Made by a program: the position numbers and the translations under genes. Of a DNA stretch of 35,740 nucleotides, positions 9,598 through 20,200 are shown piece by piece (position 1 is the first letter of the stretch; each line of letters opens with the position of its first letter). The notes beneath the pieces are model-generated. The model worked only from the letters and a program-made list of their open reading frames with translations, was not told the origin of the DNA and searched no databases. The stretch comes from Chrysochromulina tobinii (lineage: Eukaryota): assembly GCA_001275005.1 (NCBI GenBank), contig JWZX01002239.1, positions 1 to 35,740 of the forward strand, given 5' to 3'.

Positions 9598-10181
9598 ACA
9601 TAAAGAGGACGGGCCTCCACGGTCCACGCTCATGACGCGCGAAGCATTGGCTTTCCGATTTGAGACGAATACATTCGTCGATTGGAGACACTAATAACGA
9701 GGTCGAGGAACCAGGTGAGGAATGGTGTCAGTTGTGTGCCGCCTCCCACGCACACCTTTTCGGGGCTTGAATAAAGGTGTCCGGTGTGTGTCTGCGGTGT
9801 GTGTCTGGCCGAGAGGGCCGTGAAACGAACGAACGAAATGGCATTAAATCGTGAATTCGAATCACGAATGGCACGAACGAACGGTGTGTGTCAGTTGAGT
9901 GGTGATTGCGGGGGTTCCGCAACGAAACTGACCGTCGAACGGGCTGTGTGATGAGGAATTCGAATCGGTGAGGAATTCGAATCAGGTTTGAGTCGAGCCT
10001 ACTAGATCACAAACTTGTGGAATTCCTTCTCTTGGAATTTGATGTCCAAAAGAGGAATTTGACCAATTCATTCAGGAAGAAGATTGCAGATGTTCTCTTT
10101 TTTGCGTCAGATCTCTTCTCGACGCTTCGAGAACAACGCGAGGTGATTATTTTCCTGATAGACGAAACGCGTTCATCGCGA

Positions 10182-11639
10182 ATGGCGGGCAACCACCCTC
10201 AGGTGCCCATGCACCCCCGTGCAGGGCCAATAGACAGCGAAATGCCACCGTATCCAAACTCCCAGGTCGTCGGGTGTGATATGTGCGACATTATGGTGCC
10301 CATGCACACCTTCCGCGACGACCAGCACCTGGTCAACGACCGCATCGTCAAGGCCATCCAACCACGTGTGCCGCTCTTCAAGCTGGAGCCGTCCGAAAGT
10401 GAGACGCCGGCGCACATACAAGGCCTCGTGCAGACGCTCCGCATCGTGAAGTCACCCGACAGCGCCGAGGAGCACCGTGAGCTCTGCTCGGCTGACCTCT
10501 TTGACGCTGTGCTCTCCTCGGGCGGAGCCTTGACAGGAGGCGACTTGTCTCAAGGGTGAGTGCGCAATGACATGAGTGTCTGCATCCCCGACTGGGCCAT
10601 GCTGCTCTCCCGCGCCTGCGATGCGTCCCACCACGCGCCACCCCTGAATTGCCTCTCGGTCGTCCTCCGTCGCCTTGAATCTGACCCTTGTACTTTGTCT
10701 CTCGCCTCCTGCAGGTTGGAGTGGTTTTCACAGATTGCGACGACTGTCGCGCAGTGCCACGCGTACGGCCTGACACACGGCCAGCTACGCCCCGAGCACG
10801 TGCTCCTGAGTGCCGACGGCCAGACCGTCAAGCTCCTCGGCTTCGACCCGCAAAGCTGGCGCCAAGTCCGCTTCGGCCCGAATCTGGATGGGCAGCTAGC
10901 CCTCCGGCCGCCCAACCCGCACGACGCGCCCGAGCTGAGCGGACGGACGCACGCGAGCGCGTCCGAGCTCGCCGCAGCCGACATGTGGTCACTCGGCGTG
11001 CTGCTCACCGCCGTCCTCGTCGAGTATCCTCCGGTCTATGATCACAGCACGTCGCTCATTCAATGGCCTCAGGCTCTGCACGCCGCGCCTCCAGCATTGC
11101 GTCACTTGCTCGAGTGCCTGCTACACCCGCAGCCTAGCCAGAGGCCCTTGAGCGCGGCCGTCGCGGCGCATGCGCACGCTCTGCTCCGCTCGCGAGCCCA
11201 GTGCGCACCCATGGCAAGCGGGCTGGAGCTCTCAAAGGCGAGCGCACCGCCGCCACCATCGACAAGCTCCTCGACGCCGCTCGACTCTTTGCGGAGCGAG
11301 AACCGGTGTGAAGGCCGGTGTGAAGGCCTCTCCTCGAGTGACCTGGACTGCCGACTCCCCGAAGAGTGGATGCCAAGTGGGCGGCCGCGCATCGAACCCT
11401 TGCCACGATTCGATCGCACCGAGTCCACCCACTCGCTGTCGTCAGCAGAGAACACCGCGTTGCCCGACGACCTGTCTGAGGCTCCCACGCGCGCCTCCTC
11501 GCTGCTTGAGCTCGAGGAGTCCGTCGCGAAGCGGCCTGCCCTCTCGAAGTGCGAGATGCTCTATGTACAACTCCGCATGCTCGAGGCGCGCGACAAGCTT
11601 GACGCGCGGCCCCTCAAACTAAGCGCGACAGACGTTTGA
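10182..11639 (+). CDS. Protein kinase-fold pseudokinase (CAMK-like C-lobe); 2 exons 10182-10555 and 10715-11639, ~432 aa
   Basis: WFSQIATTVAQCHAYGLTHGQLRPEHVLL, VKLLGFD, APE, DMWSLGVLL and LLHPQPSQRP. Removing the GT-AG intron joins two same-frame ORFs. Confidence 0.8.
10556..10714 (+). other. Conventional GT-AG intron, 159 nt
   Basis: Donor GTGAGT, CTGAC branch-like motif at 10681, pyrimidine tract and TGCAG acceptor. It removes an in-frame stop. Confidence 0.85.
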
Positions 11640-12737
11640 GGGGCCGGTAGTTCCCAGGGCGAACTGAGCTGCCCAAGCCGCAGCGCTAGCCAGTGGCCAG
11701 TGGCTACGGTGTGCGCGCGGCCCATCCCGAGGATAACCGCCGTCACGCAGCAGAGGCGCTCTCGATCCGGGAAGCTCGCGGCGCCACTCGTGGTGCCGCC
11801 CCTGTACCCCTGGGAAGGGATCATCCCGAACGGACAGCTGTAGACACTTGCATTTGCACTCTTGCTCAGAGACACTCTTTCACTCCGTCGTTCGCACTAG
11901 ACTGGCATGTTCTATTGTACGGTACAATCATGGGCCTTGCAAGTGTAATCTGTGTGCGCATGCGGCTTGGACGCGGCATCGGTGTGGGTCCTACCTGGGG
12001 GGGCATGCGGCATGAACCATGATCCGCAAATGGCGGCGCAGCCGCCACACCTGCGCATGACCATGAGCAAGAGCATCGCCCCGTGACACACTGACAGCGG
12101 CGGGGGCGAGGAAGGTGTCGCATGACCATGAGCCAGTCCGATCATGATCCATCTGAGTTATATTTATCGCTGACGCGTTAACCGTCGGTTACCCAAACCG
12201 AGGCCGGGCGCGGACCGCCCGATGCCGCATCCGCGAACCGCGCGGCCGCGGGCCCAGGGCTAGCTACGGTTCCGCGTCCGGATCGTCATATGTTTATCTC
12301 GCCTCTCATTAATCATATGATACATGACTCTATCCAGCCAGCACGCTGAGGGGTACACATTTTCTTGAAACTCGACATGGTGGAGTCCAATGCCAAGTGT
12401 CTCCGCTCTCCTCCCCAAGGCGCACGCGTGTCGGCTGTCGCGGGACACCGGAAATAACGTCGTCGTCCCGTCCCCTCCGCCATAACTCCGCCACACATTA
12501 CCGCAATCCGGAATGCCGAATCCGAATCGCGCGCTCTCACCTATACGGGTAAATATGAGAACTCCCGTCATGGTAATATCTTGGGCATCTTGGCGGTTCC
12601 TGACTCATCCCCACTCTGAGCAGGGTTGAGCTACGGCTGCATTTAGTCGGAACTCTTTGGGTCGAGGCTGGTGCTCGTTGGCCCCAGTGGCCGTGCCCTG
12701 ATAGTGCTCTCGATGGTTCCGATAGACTCTTCATGCT

Positions 12738-13187
12738 TCACCGACTCCCAAACTCAACTATGACGCAGCCCTGGAATATTTCGATGCCATTCTCACGACA
12801 GAGCGCCAAGATCTCCTCGGATCCAGCGCCTGGCTGGATCCAAATCTGCTTGATGCCCATCGACACCATTTGCTCCACCTGTTTGAGTCCATCGCGCGAG
12901 TTGATGATGAGATCAACGACCTCCACAGGATCTTCGACGGCGCTTAGGGTCGGCTTACACGTGCCCGTCTTGTCCCGCGGATTGACCAGGTGCACCGTCT
13001 TGCCAGCCTCCCGAAGTGTGGAGACAACACGCGCGGCGGGCTTTGCTTCGTTTAGGACATCGCCAATGACGACCCAGTTTTGCTTGTCCATGAAGCCCGA
13101 AGAACTGGTCCGTGCGAGCATAGAGAGGCGCGACGGGGATGCGGCAAGTGCGAGAGATCCCACGACGCCGAAGCCAGCGCGCAACAT
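12738..13187 (-). CDS. CoA-binding domain protein (YccU-like) with N-terminal targeting peptide
   Basis: WVVIGD, VHLVNP, VEVVDLII, IWIQPGA and GCVIVE follow the CoA_binding_2 pattern. Confidence 0.85.
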   Translation of the reverse strand: MLRAGFGVVGSLALAASPSRLSMLARTSSSGFMDKQNWVVIGDVLNEAKPAARVVSTLREAGKTVHLVNPRDKTGTCKPTLSAVEDPVEVVDLIINSRDGLKQVEQMVSMGIKQIWIQPGAGSEEILALCRENGIEIFQGCVIVEFGSR

Positions 13188-13417
13188 GCCACAGGAATGA
13201 AAGATGCCGCTGTGAATTGGCTGCTACGGCACACTTGGCTATGAAGGGAGGTGTTGAGAAGGGGCGAGGGTTCCAGGTGTAAAGGTTGGGGGGTACTTTG
13301 AGGTCTCAAAGGAGAAGTGATAAGATGTGAGTGCGGTGTGATACACAGACTTTAGTCATACCGCATACTCGTTGTTACTTGTTAGGCCCCGGGCTCTTCC
13401 CGGCTGGCCTTGGCAGC

Positions 13418-14449
13418 TCAGGCCGGCCGGCCGCGTGTCTGCTTCTCCGGCACCCAGAAGATGGATCTCCCATGAGGGCCCTCCTCCTGCCGCACGGGCA
13501 GACCATCCGCCTCCGAGCGACGATAGACGAGCAGCTGGAATGCCGGCTCCATCTCTGCAAACGTACCGTACGTTGCGGAGAGCGCCCCATCTCCCGCCGC
13601 TGCGGCGAGCGCAGCCTGCGAGGCATAGGATGCAACAGTGGTTCTCGACGCCGCTTCGTGCAGTGCGGCCCAGTCGGCATTGCTCAGATCGCCGCAAACG
13701 GCAAACGGATGGACCTGAGCTTTATAGAGCGATTCCGAGAGCAGATAATTTCCGATGGAAGCGACCTTCGACTGATCCATCAAGAACTTGGCCACAGGCA
13801 CGGCGCGGCCAGCTTTTTTGGAGCGCTGGCGATCGACAATCTTCATGAACTCATCCAGCGAAAGGCCATTGGGCTGCAGCCACGACGGCCCGAGCGACTC
13901 CAGCTTCTTCTCCAGCAGTGCCTGGTCCAAACACACGGTCAGAGTGCCAAACATGCGCTGGTCATTGAAGAAGAGCCGGAGCGCCGCTTCTTCCTGCGGA
14001 GCACCCGACACCGCCGAAGGCCGAGAGAGCTCAAATACGATGCGCGAGTGCGCCGAGCGTTGGCGTGCCCACGAGCCCGACATCCCGAGTGTTGACCAGA
14101 AGCTCAAGTGCGGCCGCGACCTTGAATGAACGAATTCCCACCATATGAACTTGCCGTGATTTTTGACGTGCTTCACGGTCGCAGGCAGCAATTCCTGGAA
14201 CGTGCCCCAATGTGCGGGAGGCCCACCGCGCCCAGGCACACCCTCACCGAGGTACCGGCCACTGAGAATGGTCGCTCTCAACAGCGTGTACCCTTGAAAT
14301 GCATCGTTCAGCCGCTCTGCGTGCACTTGGCACTCAGGACCCTCTGGCATGAAAACTGGCGGTGTGCGACGAAAAGTACGTGCGTGACGGTGCATGGGCG
14401 CAAAGGTGTGGAGGATGGCGCTTTGCGTGGGTGCCAGCAGAGCCATCAT
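13418..14449 (-). CDS. Fpg/Nei-family DNA glycosylase/AP lyase, zincless-finger type, with 33-aa N-terminal extension
   Basis: MPEGPE (ATG at 14350), HGKFIW, LGMSG, FNDQRMFG, LGPS, H2TH LMDQ..ASIGNYLLSESLY. The C-terminal GRSIFWVPEKQ has no Cys4 finger. Confidence 0.92.
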   Translation of the reverse strand: MMALLAPTQSAILHTFAPMHRHARTFRRTPPVFMPEGPECQVHAERLNDAFQGYTLLRATILSGRYLGEGVPGRGGPPAHWGTFQELLPATVKHVKNHGKFIWWEFVHSRSRPHLSFWSTLGMSGSWARQRSAHSRIVFELSRPSAVSGAPQEEAALRLFFNDQRMFGTLTVCLDQALLEKKLESLGPSWLQPNGLSLDEFMKIVDRQRSKKAGRAVPVAKFLMDQSKVASIGNYLLSESLYKAQVHPFAVCGDLSNADWAALHEAASRTTVASYASQAALAAAAGDGALSATYGTFAEMEPAFQLLVYRRSEADGLPVRQEEGPHGRSIFWVPEKQTRGRPA

Positions 14450-14634
14450 GCTCGAAGACACTTTTCGGCGCGATTGTGGCGCGAGCGCGCGGACGAATTA
14501 GAATCCGTGTATATGTCAAAGACACCAAGAATCAAGAGCTTGCGGAAAGTCTTTTCTCTCCTCGTAGAAAATCTAACCTCCGTTTTTCCCAAAACTGATC
14601 TCATCAAAACGCCGAGTTGCGATCACATGCGATC

Positions 14635-16074
14635 ATGAAGGCCTTCCTCTACACGTGTGCGCTCTCGCTCGCTGCAGCGGCGCTGAGTGTGCCTTCTGCT
14701 GACCGAGCCGCCGTCCAAGCGATGAACGGGATCATCAGGAACAGGGGAGGAGTTTCAAACGTCGTCGGCGGACCTACTCACCATGGACTCGGCTTACTGG
14801 CTGCCGAAGAGCTGAAGGCTGGTGATGTCGCCGTGCGTGTCCCGCAAAGCTGTCTGCTATCCGAAGCGCAGATGACTGCCGAGCTTCGCAGTCTGTATGA
14901 TGCAGTCCCTGCCGAATTCTGGGCGGCTCGACTCGGCCTCATCCTCCTCTCTGAGAGGTCTAAAGGAGCAGCCTCCTCTTGGTCCAGCTATATTCAGACT
15001 CTCCCGGCAAGCTACACCGTGCCACTCTTCTGGACGCCCGAGGCGATCCAGCGCCTCCAATACCCTGCCTTACGTGCACGGCTCCTCAAGCGGGCGCGCT
15101 TCGTCTCCAGCTTCGCGGCCGAGCACCTCGCTTCTGCCTCCGCCTCCGCCGCCTTCTCCGGCCGCTCCGCCAGCGCTGATGCACTTGGGTGGGCCATCGC
15201 CGCGTGCTCCTCGCGAGCAGCATTGGTGGGCAGCCAGCGAGTCCTCTGCCCCATCATCGACGTTGGCAACCATCGCGCCAAAGGCGACGCCAATTGCGAG
15301 ATCCGCGCCACGCAGGGCGGTGCGCTTGAGCTCGTTGCGACCAGACCAATCAGCCTCGGTCAGGAGTGCTGTTATTGCTATGGCGAGCTGACCGATGACG
15401 ACTTCCTGCTTGATTACGGCTTCATGCCGCCGCACAACTCCCATGACTCGGCCGACCTCACATGGGCAGATGGCGCGCTGCTTCGTTCTGCATGCGTCGC
15501 GGCAGGCGTCAAGACCCCATCGACCGACTGGCAACGTGTCGCGTTGCGCTCGGCGTTGCCAGTCGGCTTGGAGGCTGTCTCGATCCGGCGAGACGGGCTC
15601 GAGCCGCGCGCCCTTGCCGCGTGCCGTATCGCCGCGGCGCCGGACGCTGCATCCCTCCGTAAGTCCTCCAACGGTCGCAAGCCACTCTCCCAAGCGGCGG
15701 CTGAGATGACCGCTCTGAAGATTGGAGCCGCCATCGCCGCAATCGGCCTCGCTGGCCTGCCGGACCAACACGAAGGAGCGGCCGTTGAAGCTTCGTCAGG
15801 TTCGGACGGCGTGGCCGACGCGTCGCAGGTCGACGTTGGCGTCGGCCTCGCGGAGTGCTTCATGAGTCGCAAGCGAGAGCTGTGCGCCGCATCGCTCGCG
15901 GTACTCGGCGAGCGGATCAAAGCACTGCAGAATGGCGAGGCCCGTGCTGGTATGCGTGGGAACGCCAAGGGCAAGCAGGTGACTGGACTGAGGAAGCAGT
16001 CGGCGCGTGTGGGCGCGGTCTCGGATCGCCCCAAGGCGAGTGGATTTCGTGCCACCCGGATCAGCGACGTGTAA
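14635..16074 (+). CDS. SET-domain lysine methyltransferase (Rubisco LSMT/SETD3-like) with signal peptide
   Basis: GLGLLAAEELKAGDVAVRVP, S.WSSYIQTLP, PLFW, WA..ACSSRA, PIIDVGNH, YGELTDDDFLLDYGF; N-terminus MKAFLYTCALSLAAAALS. Confidence 0.9.
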   Translation: MKAFLYTCALSLAAAALSVPSADRAAVQAMNGIIRNRGGVSNVVGGPTHHGLGLLAAEELKAGDVAVRVPQSCLLSEAQMTAELRSLYDAVPAEFWAARLGLILLSERSKGAASSWSSYIQTLPASYTVPLFWTPEAIQRLQYPALRARLLKRARFVSSFAAEHLASASASAAFSGRSASADALGWAIAACSSRAALVGSQRVLCPIIDVGNHRAKGDANCEIRATQGGALELVATRPISLGQECCYCYGELTDDDFLLDYGFMPPHNSHDSADLTWADGALLRSACVAAGVKTPSTDWQRVALRSALPVGLEAVSIRRDGLEPRALAACRIAAAPDAASLRKSSNGRKPLSQAAAEMTALKIGAAIAAIGLAGLPDQHEGAAVEASSGSDGVADASQVDVGVGLAECFMSRKRELCAASLAVLGERIKALQNGEARAGMRGNAKGKQVTGLRKQSARVGAVSDRPKASGFRATRISDV

Positions 16075-16187
16075 CGTTTCTTCGCATTTTTCTAGTTACG
16101 CGAAAGATGAGTTTCGTCGTCCTGGAAACCACAATCCGCAAACCCACACAAGCACGGCCAACGCCTCGCCTAACGATTGCGGGTTTC

Positions 16188-16667
16188 ATGTGTTCAAGCG
16201 CCGCGCCGGAGTCATCAGCGCCCGCTTCGCTGGGAGTGTCGCCCGCAGCAGCGGCCGGGGAGGAGATGAACCCTGCCGCCGTCGAGGCCGCGGACCCGGC
16301 CGCGCCCGTTGCCGACGACGACGATGCTGCGGGTGCTGGGGAGGAAGGAGACGATCCGATGGCACGATTCGCAGTGGCGGCTGCGCGACAGCAGGCGGCG
16401 GAGCGCGGCGAGGACGAGGACGCGGGCGTGGACATGAACTTTATCAATCGCGCGCTTGCTGAGAGCCGGCGCATGCGTGCGGCCGCAAACAAGGACCAAA
16501 TGAAGCGCAAGGAGCAGCTAGCGCAGCTCTGCGCGCGGCACGGTGAATCGAGCGCGCAGTACATGGCAGACGCCATGCAGGAGCACGCGGCCGAGGTGCT
16601 CACCGAGCAGCAGCAGCAGTCGTTGGCGAGCGTCGACGAGCAGGAAGACTCCACAGCCATCTGTTGA
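16188..16667 (+). CDS. Small acidic hypothetical protein (start uncertain, alternative ATG at 16107)
   Basis: Coding-like composition, an acidic N-terminal half and a helical C-terminal half, flanked by AT-richer sequence. No recognisable domain. Confidence 0.55.
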   Translation: MCSSAAPESSAPASLGVSPAAAAGEEMNPAAVEAADPAAPVADDDDAAGAGEEGDDPMARFAVAAARQQAAERGEDEDAGVDMNFINRALAESRRMRAAANKDQMKRKEQLAQLCARHGESSAQYMADAMQEHAAEVLTEQQQQSLASVDEQEDSTAIC

Positions 16668-17253
16668 ACTTTCACATGATTAACTATTGTTTAACGGCTT
16701 TCGCAACCAAGAAGCCATGCTGCGTGTCCATGGTACTCCATACACGAATCTCCAATCTGACACACTTCTCCCATCAGAGTTGATACGTATACACATGTGA
16801 GACTTACCATTTTGGATTTTGGTATCTTCCCGACCGGACGGCGTCACGACGCGTCGACCGGTACACGCCTACACCGCTACCGACGGTCAACTCAAGGGTT
16901 AGTGTACGTGGTAAGTTCCGTCGGTCGGTCGGCTCGTCGCGGCTGGCGGGCGCTCGGGGGCCCCGAGCCCGTTCCCCCGCCCGCCCCCGGTTCCGCCCGT
17001 CGCCGGGTGGCGGGTGGCGGGTTCCATTGTGGCGCGGCGGGGCGGCCGCGGGCGCAGGGCGCACCCTGAAACTGCGGAAGATCTCAGAGTATCCGGATAC
17101 ATCTAGCGAAGTTAGAAGACCGCCGGGGGGAGCCGGGACACACACGATTCACACTCATTACTTGTGTTGATTGAGAGGTGCGGAGGGTGAGAGCGCGGGG
17201 GGACCGCGACCCTGTACCTATTCACAGGTCATTCCCGCTACATTCGAAGGTCG

Positions 17254-20200
17254 ATGTCGCAGGCCGTGTGGCTCGAGCGCCAGAGCGGTCTCTTCGCGGC
17301 AGGCAGCCTGCTGGACGCTGGCGACAGCGAGTCCTCCGCAGTCGTTGAGGTCGACGGCGCGGTCGAGCACGCGCCCACGGCGCGCGTCCTCCCGCGCAAC
17401 GCCGAGGACGCGGGCGAGGCGGATGACATCGCGACACTCGTGCACCTGAACGAGCCGTGCATCGTGCACGCGCTCGCCCTGCGCCACAAGCGCGACGCCA
17501 TCTACACCAGCTGCGGAAGTATCGTCGTAGCGGTCAACCCGTGGCGGCGGCTTCCGGACCTTACCTCGCCGGAGACCCTCCAGCGCTACCTGGCTGCGGA
17601 GAAGGGGCTCGCGCCACACCCGTTCGCCGTCGCGTGCGACGCGTACGGCGGGGTACTTCGCGGCGAGCGTCAGTCGATCCTCGTCTCGGGCGAGTCAGGC
17701 GCAGGGAAGACGGAAACGACCAAGATTCTGCTTCAATGCCTCGCTGCGAGCGCCCGCGGCGTGACAAGCGACGACGACAAGGGCGCCGCCAGCGCCTTCA
17801 GCGCCAGCGGCGTGCAGGCGATGCTGCTCGAGGCCAACCCGATCCTCGAGGCATTCGGCAACGCCAAGACTCTTCGCAACCACAATTCGAGCCGCTTCGG
17901 CCGGTGGGTTGAGATCGGTTTCGACTCGCGCGGCGCCCTCTGCAGCGGCGCTGTGCGCACGTATCTGCTCGAAAAGTCGCGAGCTGTGGCGGTACCGTCG
18001 AGTGAGCGCTCGTTCCACGCCTTCTACCAGCTGCTGGCGAGCGGTGGCGTGCTGCGTGCCGCCGCGGAGGAGCACGCCGTGCGTCTCCCCGCCTCCGCCT
18101 CTGGTTGCCGCTACCTTAGCGGCGGCGTCGCCCCCAACGCGCCCGATGCACCGTGCGTGCTCGCGCCGGGCATAGACGACGAGGCGGACGGCGCACAGCT
18201 CGTGAAAGCTTTGAGCGTCATGGGCCTAGGAGGCGAGCTGGGCCGCATCGCGCGCGCGCTCGCGGCCTGCCTGCTCCTCGGCAACGTCAGCTTCTCCACG
18301 GCCGCCGCGGCTTCGTCCACTTCGCTCGACGCCGATGCGGCCACTTGCGAAGCCGCGGCTGTGGCGGACACCGCCTCGCACGCGGCACTCGAGGCCGTCG
18401 CCGGCGCTCTTGGCGTCGCGCCCGCCGCGCTCGCCGCAGCGCTCACCGTCCGCGAGCTGCAGCTGCGAGGGGAGACAATGCGCTCTCCGCGAACGCCGTG
18501 CCAAGCCGCTGAGGCGCGCGATGCGCTCGCCAAGGCGCTCTTCGAGGGCCTCTTCCGTCTCGTCGTGCGCGGCATCAACGCGTGCCTGCAATCGCCTGGC
18601 GCCGCACCGGCGCCGCCGGGAGCGTCGGTCGCTTCCTCGGGCGCGTCGTGCGGCGCGGGCTCCGCTGATAGCGCTCATGTGAGCGCTCCGTCGGACGTTG
18701 GCGCTCCTGTATGCCGCATCGTGGGCGTGCTCGACATCTTTGGCTTTGAGACGTTTGCGACCAACGGCTTCGAGCAGCTCTGCATCAACTACGCCAACGA
18801 GAAACTGCAATGGCAGTTCAACGCCGTCACCTTCGAGGCACAGGCGCGGGAGTACGAGGCGGAGGAGGTGCCGTGGACTGCAGGCGAGCGCTGATGACCA
18901 CTGATGACCACTGATGATCACTGATGACCACTGATGGCCACCGATGGCCACTGATGACCACGGATCGTGTGGACTTCAGGCGAGCACACGTCGAATGGGG
19001 CGACGCTCCAGCTTCTCGAGGGGCGGATCGGTCTCCTCGCACTGCTCAACGAGCAGTGCCGTCTTCCGCGCGGCGACGACGCCACCTTCGTGGCGGCCGT
19101 GCGCTCTACGCATGCGAGCCATCCGTCGCTACGCGCTCCCAAGCTGCCACAGACCGTCTTTGTCGTCGCACACTACGCGGGACAAGTGGCCTATTCGTCC
19201 GGCACATTCGTGGCTAAGAGCCGCGACGCGCGCCCCGAAGACCTCGTGTCGCTCCTTGCGCACTCCGCGTGCGCCTTCACCCGCGCGCTCCTCCTCACGG
19301 ACGCTGAAGTGGCCGCCAACGGCGCGCCCATTTGCGGCGGCACAGGCGGCGGCGGCGGTGGCGGCACTGGTAGCTCGTCGCTTGGTCTGCAATTCAAGGC
19401 ACAGCTGGGCGTGCTGCTCGAGACGATTGGTCGCGGGGCGTCACACTACGTGCGATGCCTGACACCCAACCATGCCAAGCTCGCCGGTGTCTTCGAGCCT
19501 CTGACTGTGCTGCACCAGCTGCGCTGCTCCGGTCTGATCGACGCCGTGCGCGTGGCACGCCAGGGCCACCCGTCGCGCCTGACCCATCATGCCTTTCTCG
19601 AGCGCTACCATTGCCTCGCGCCCCACGCCGCCATCGCAGCTTCGTCCGCTGCCGAGGCGGCGGAGGCCATAGGGGCGCAGGACGCCTCGCCGGAACGCGT
19701 GAGGCGCCGGGCGGGTGCCCTGATCGACGCGCTGCGAGCGTCAGCCTCGCTCGGCGCGTCGTGGGCCGAGGCCGCCGCCGCCCTAGGCCGCACCAAGGTG
19801 TTCCTGCAGACGGCGCAGTACCGAGCGCTTGAGGCGCGCCGCGCCGCCACTCTCTGCAGCGCCGCCCTCGACTTGCAGCGGATGTGTCGCGGCCGGGCAG
19901 GCCGGCGCCGCCTCGCCCTCGCGCTCGCGGCGGTGCGGTGCATCCAGCGCACTGGCCGTGGGACGATCGGACGCGCCACACTCCACGCGTTGCGCCGTGA
20001 GCGCGCAAGCTCGCTGCTACAGTCCGCGGCGCTCGGCTGGCTCGAGCGGCGCCGGCGCGCCGCGGCTCTCATGGCATCGTCTGCGGCGTCCCGCATCGTG
20101 GCCGTTTGGCGCTGTCACCGTGCCCAGCGTACCTTCCACGTGAAGCGTCACGCGGCGGTCGCGCTGCAGTGTGCGGCGCGCTGCCGCACAGCGCGCGGCG

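Noticed and set aside
11693..12734. Short ORFs between the pseudokinase and the CoA-binding gene
   Set aside because: No domain motifs or coding-like composition; probably UTR/intergenic.
13331..14095. Antisense/overlapping ORFs (here and e.g. 21850-22878, 30939-31907)
   Set aside because: These are shadows of real genes in high-GC sequence and have no independent motifs.
16930..17110. Structured ncRNA or MITE in the GC-rich stretch upstream of myosin (GCTCGGGGGCCCCGAGC hairpin, GTATCCGGATAC palindrome)
   Set aside because: No TIR/TSD or recognisable RNA family was found; short hairpins are expected at this GC content.
18892..18894. Myosin pseudogene or selenocysteine read-through at an in-frame TGA
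   Set aside because: The stop lies in a repeat-filled segment with clean splice sites; removing it restores conserved myosin spacing.
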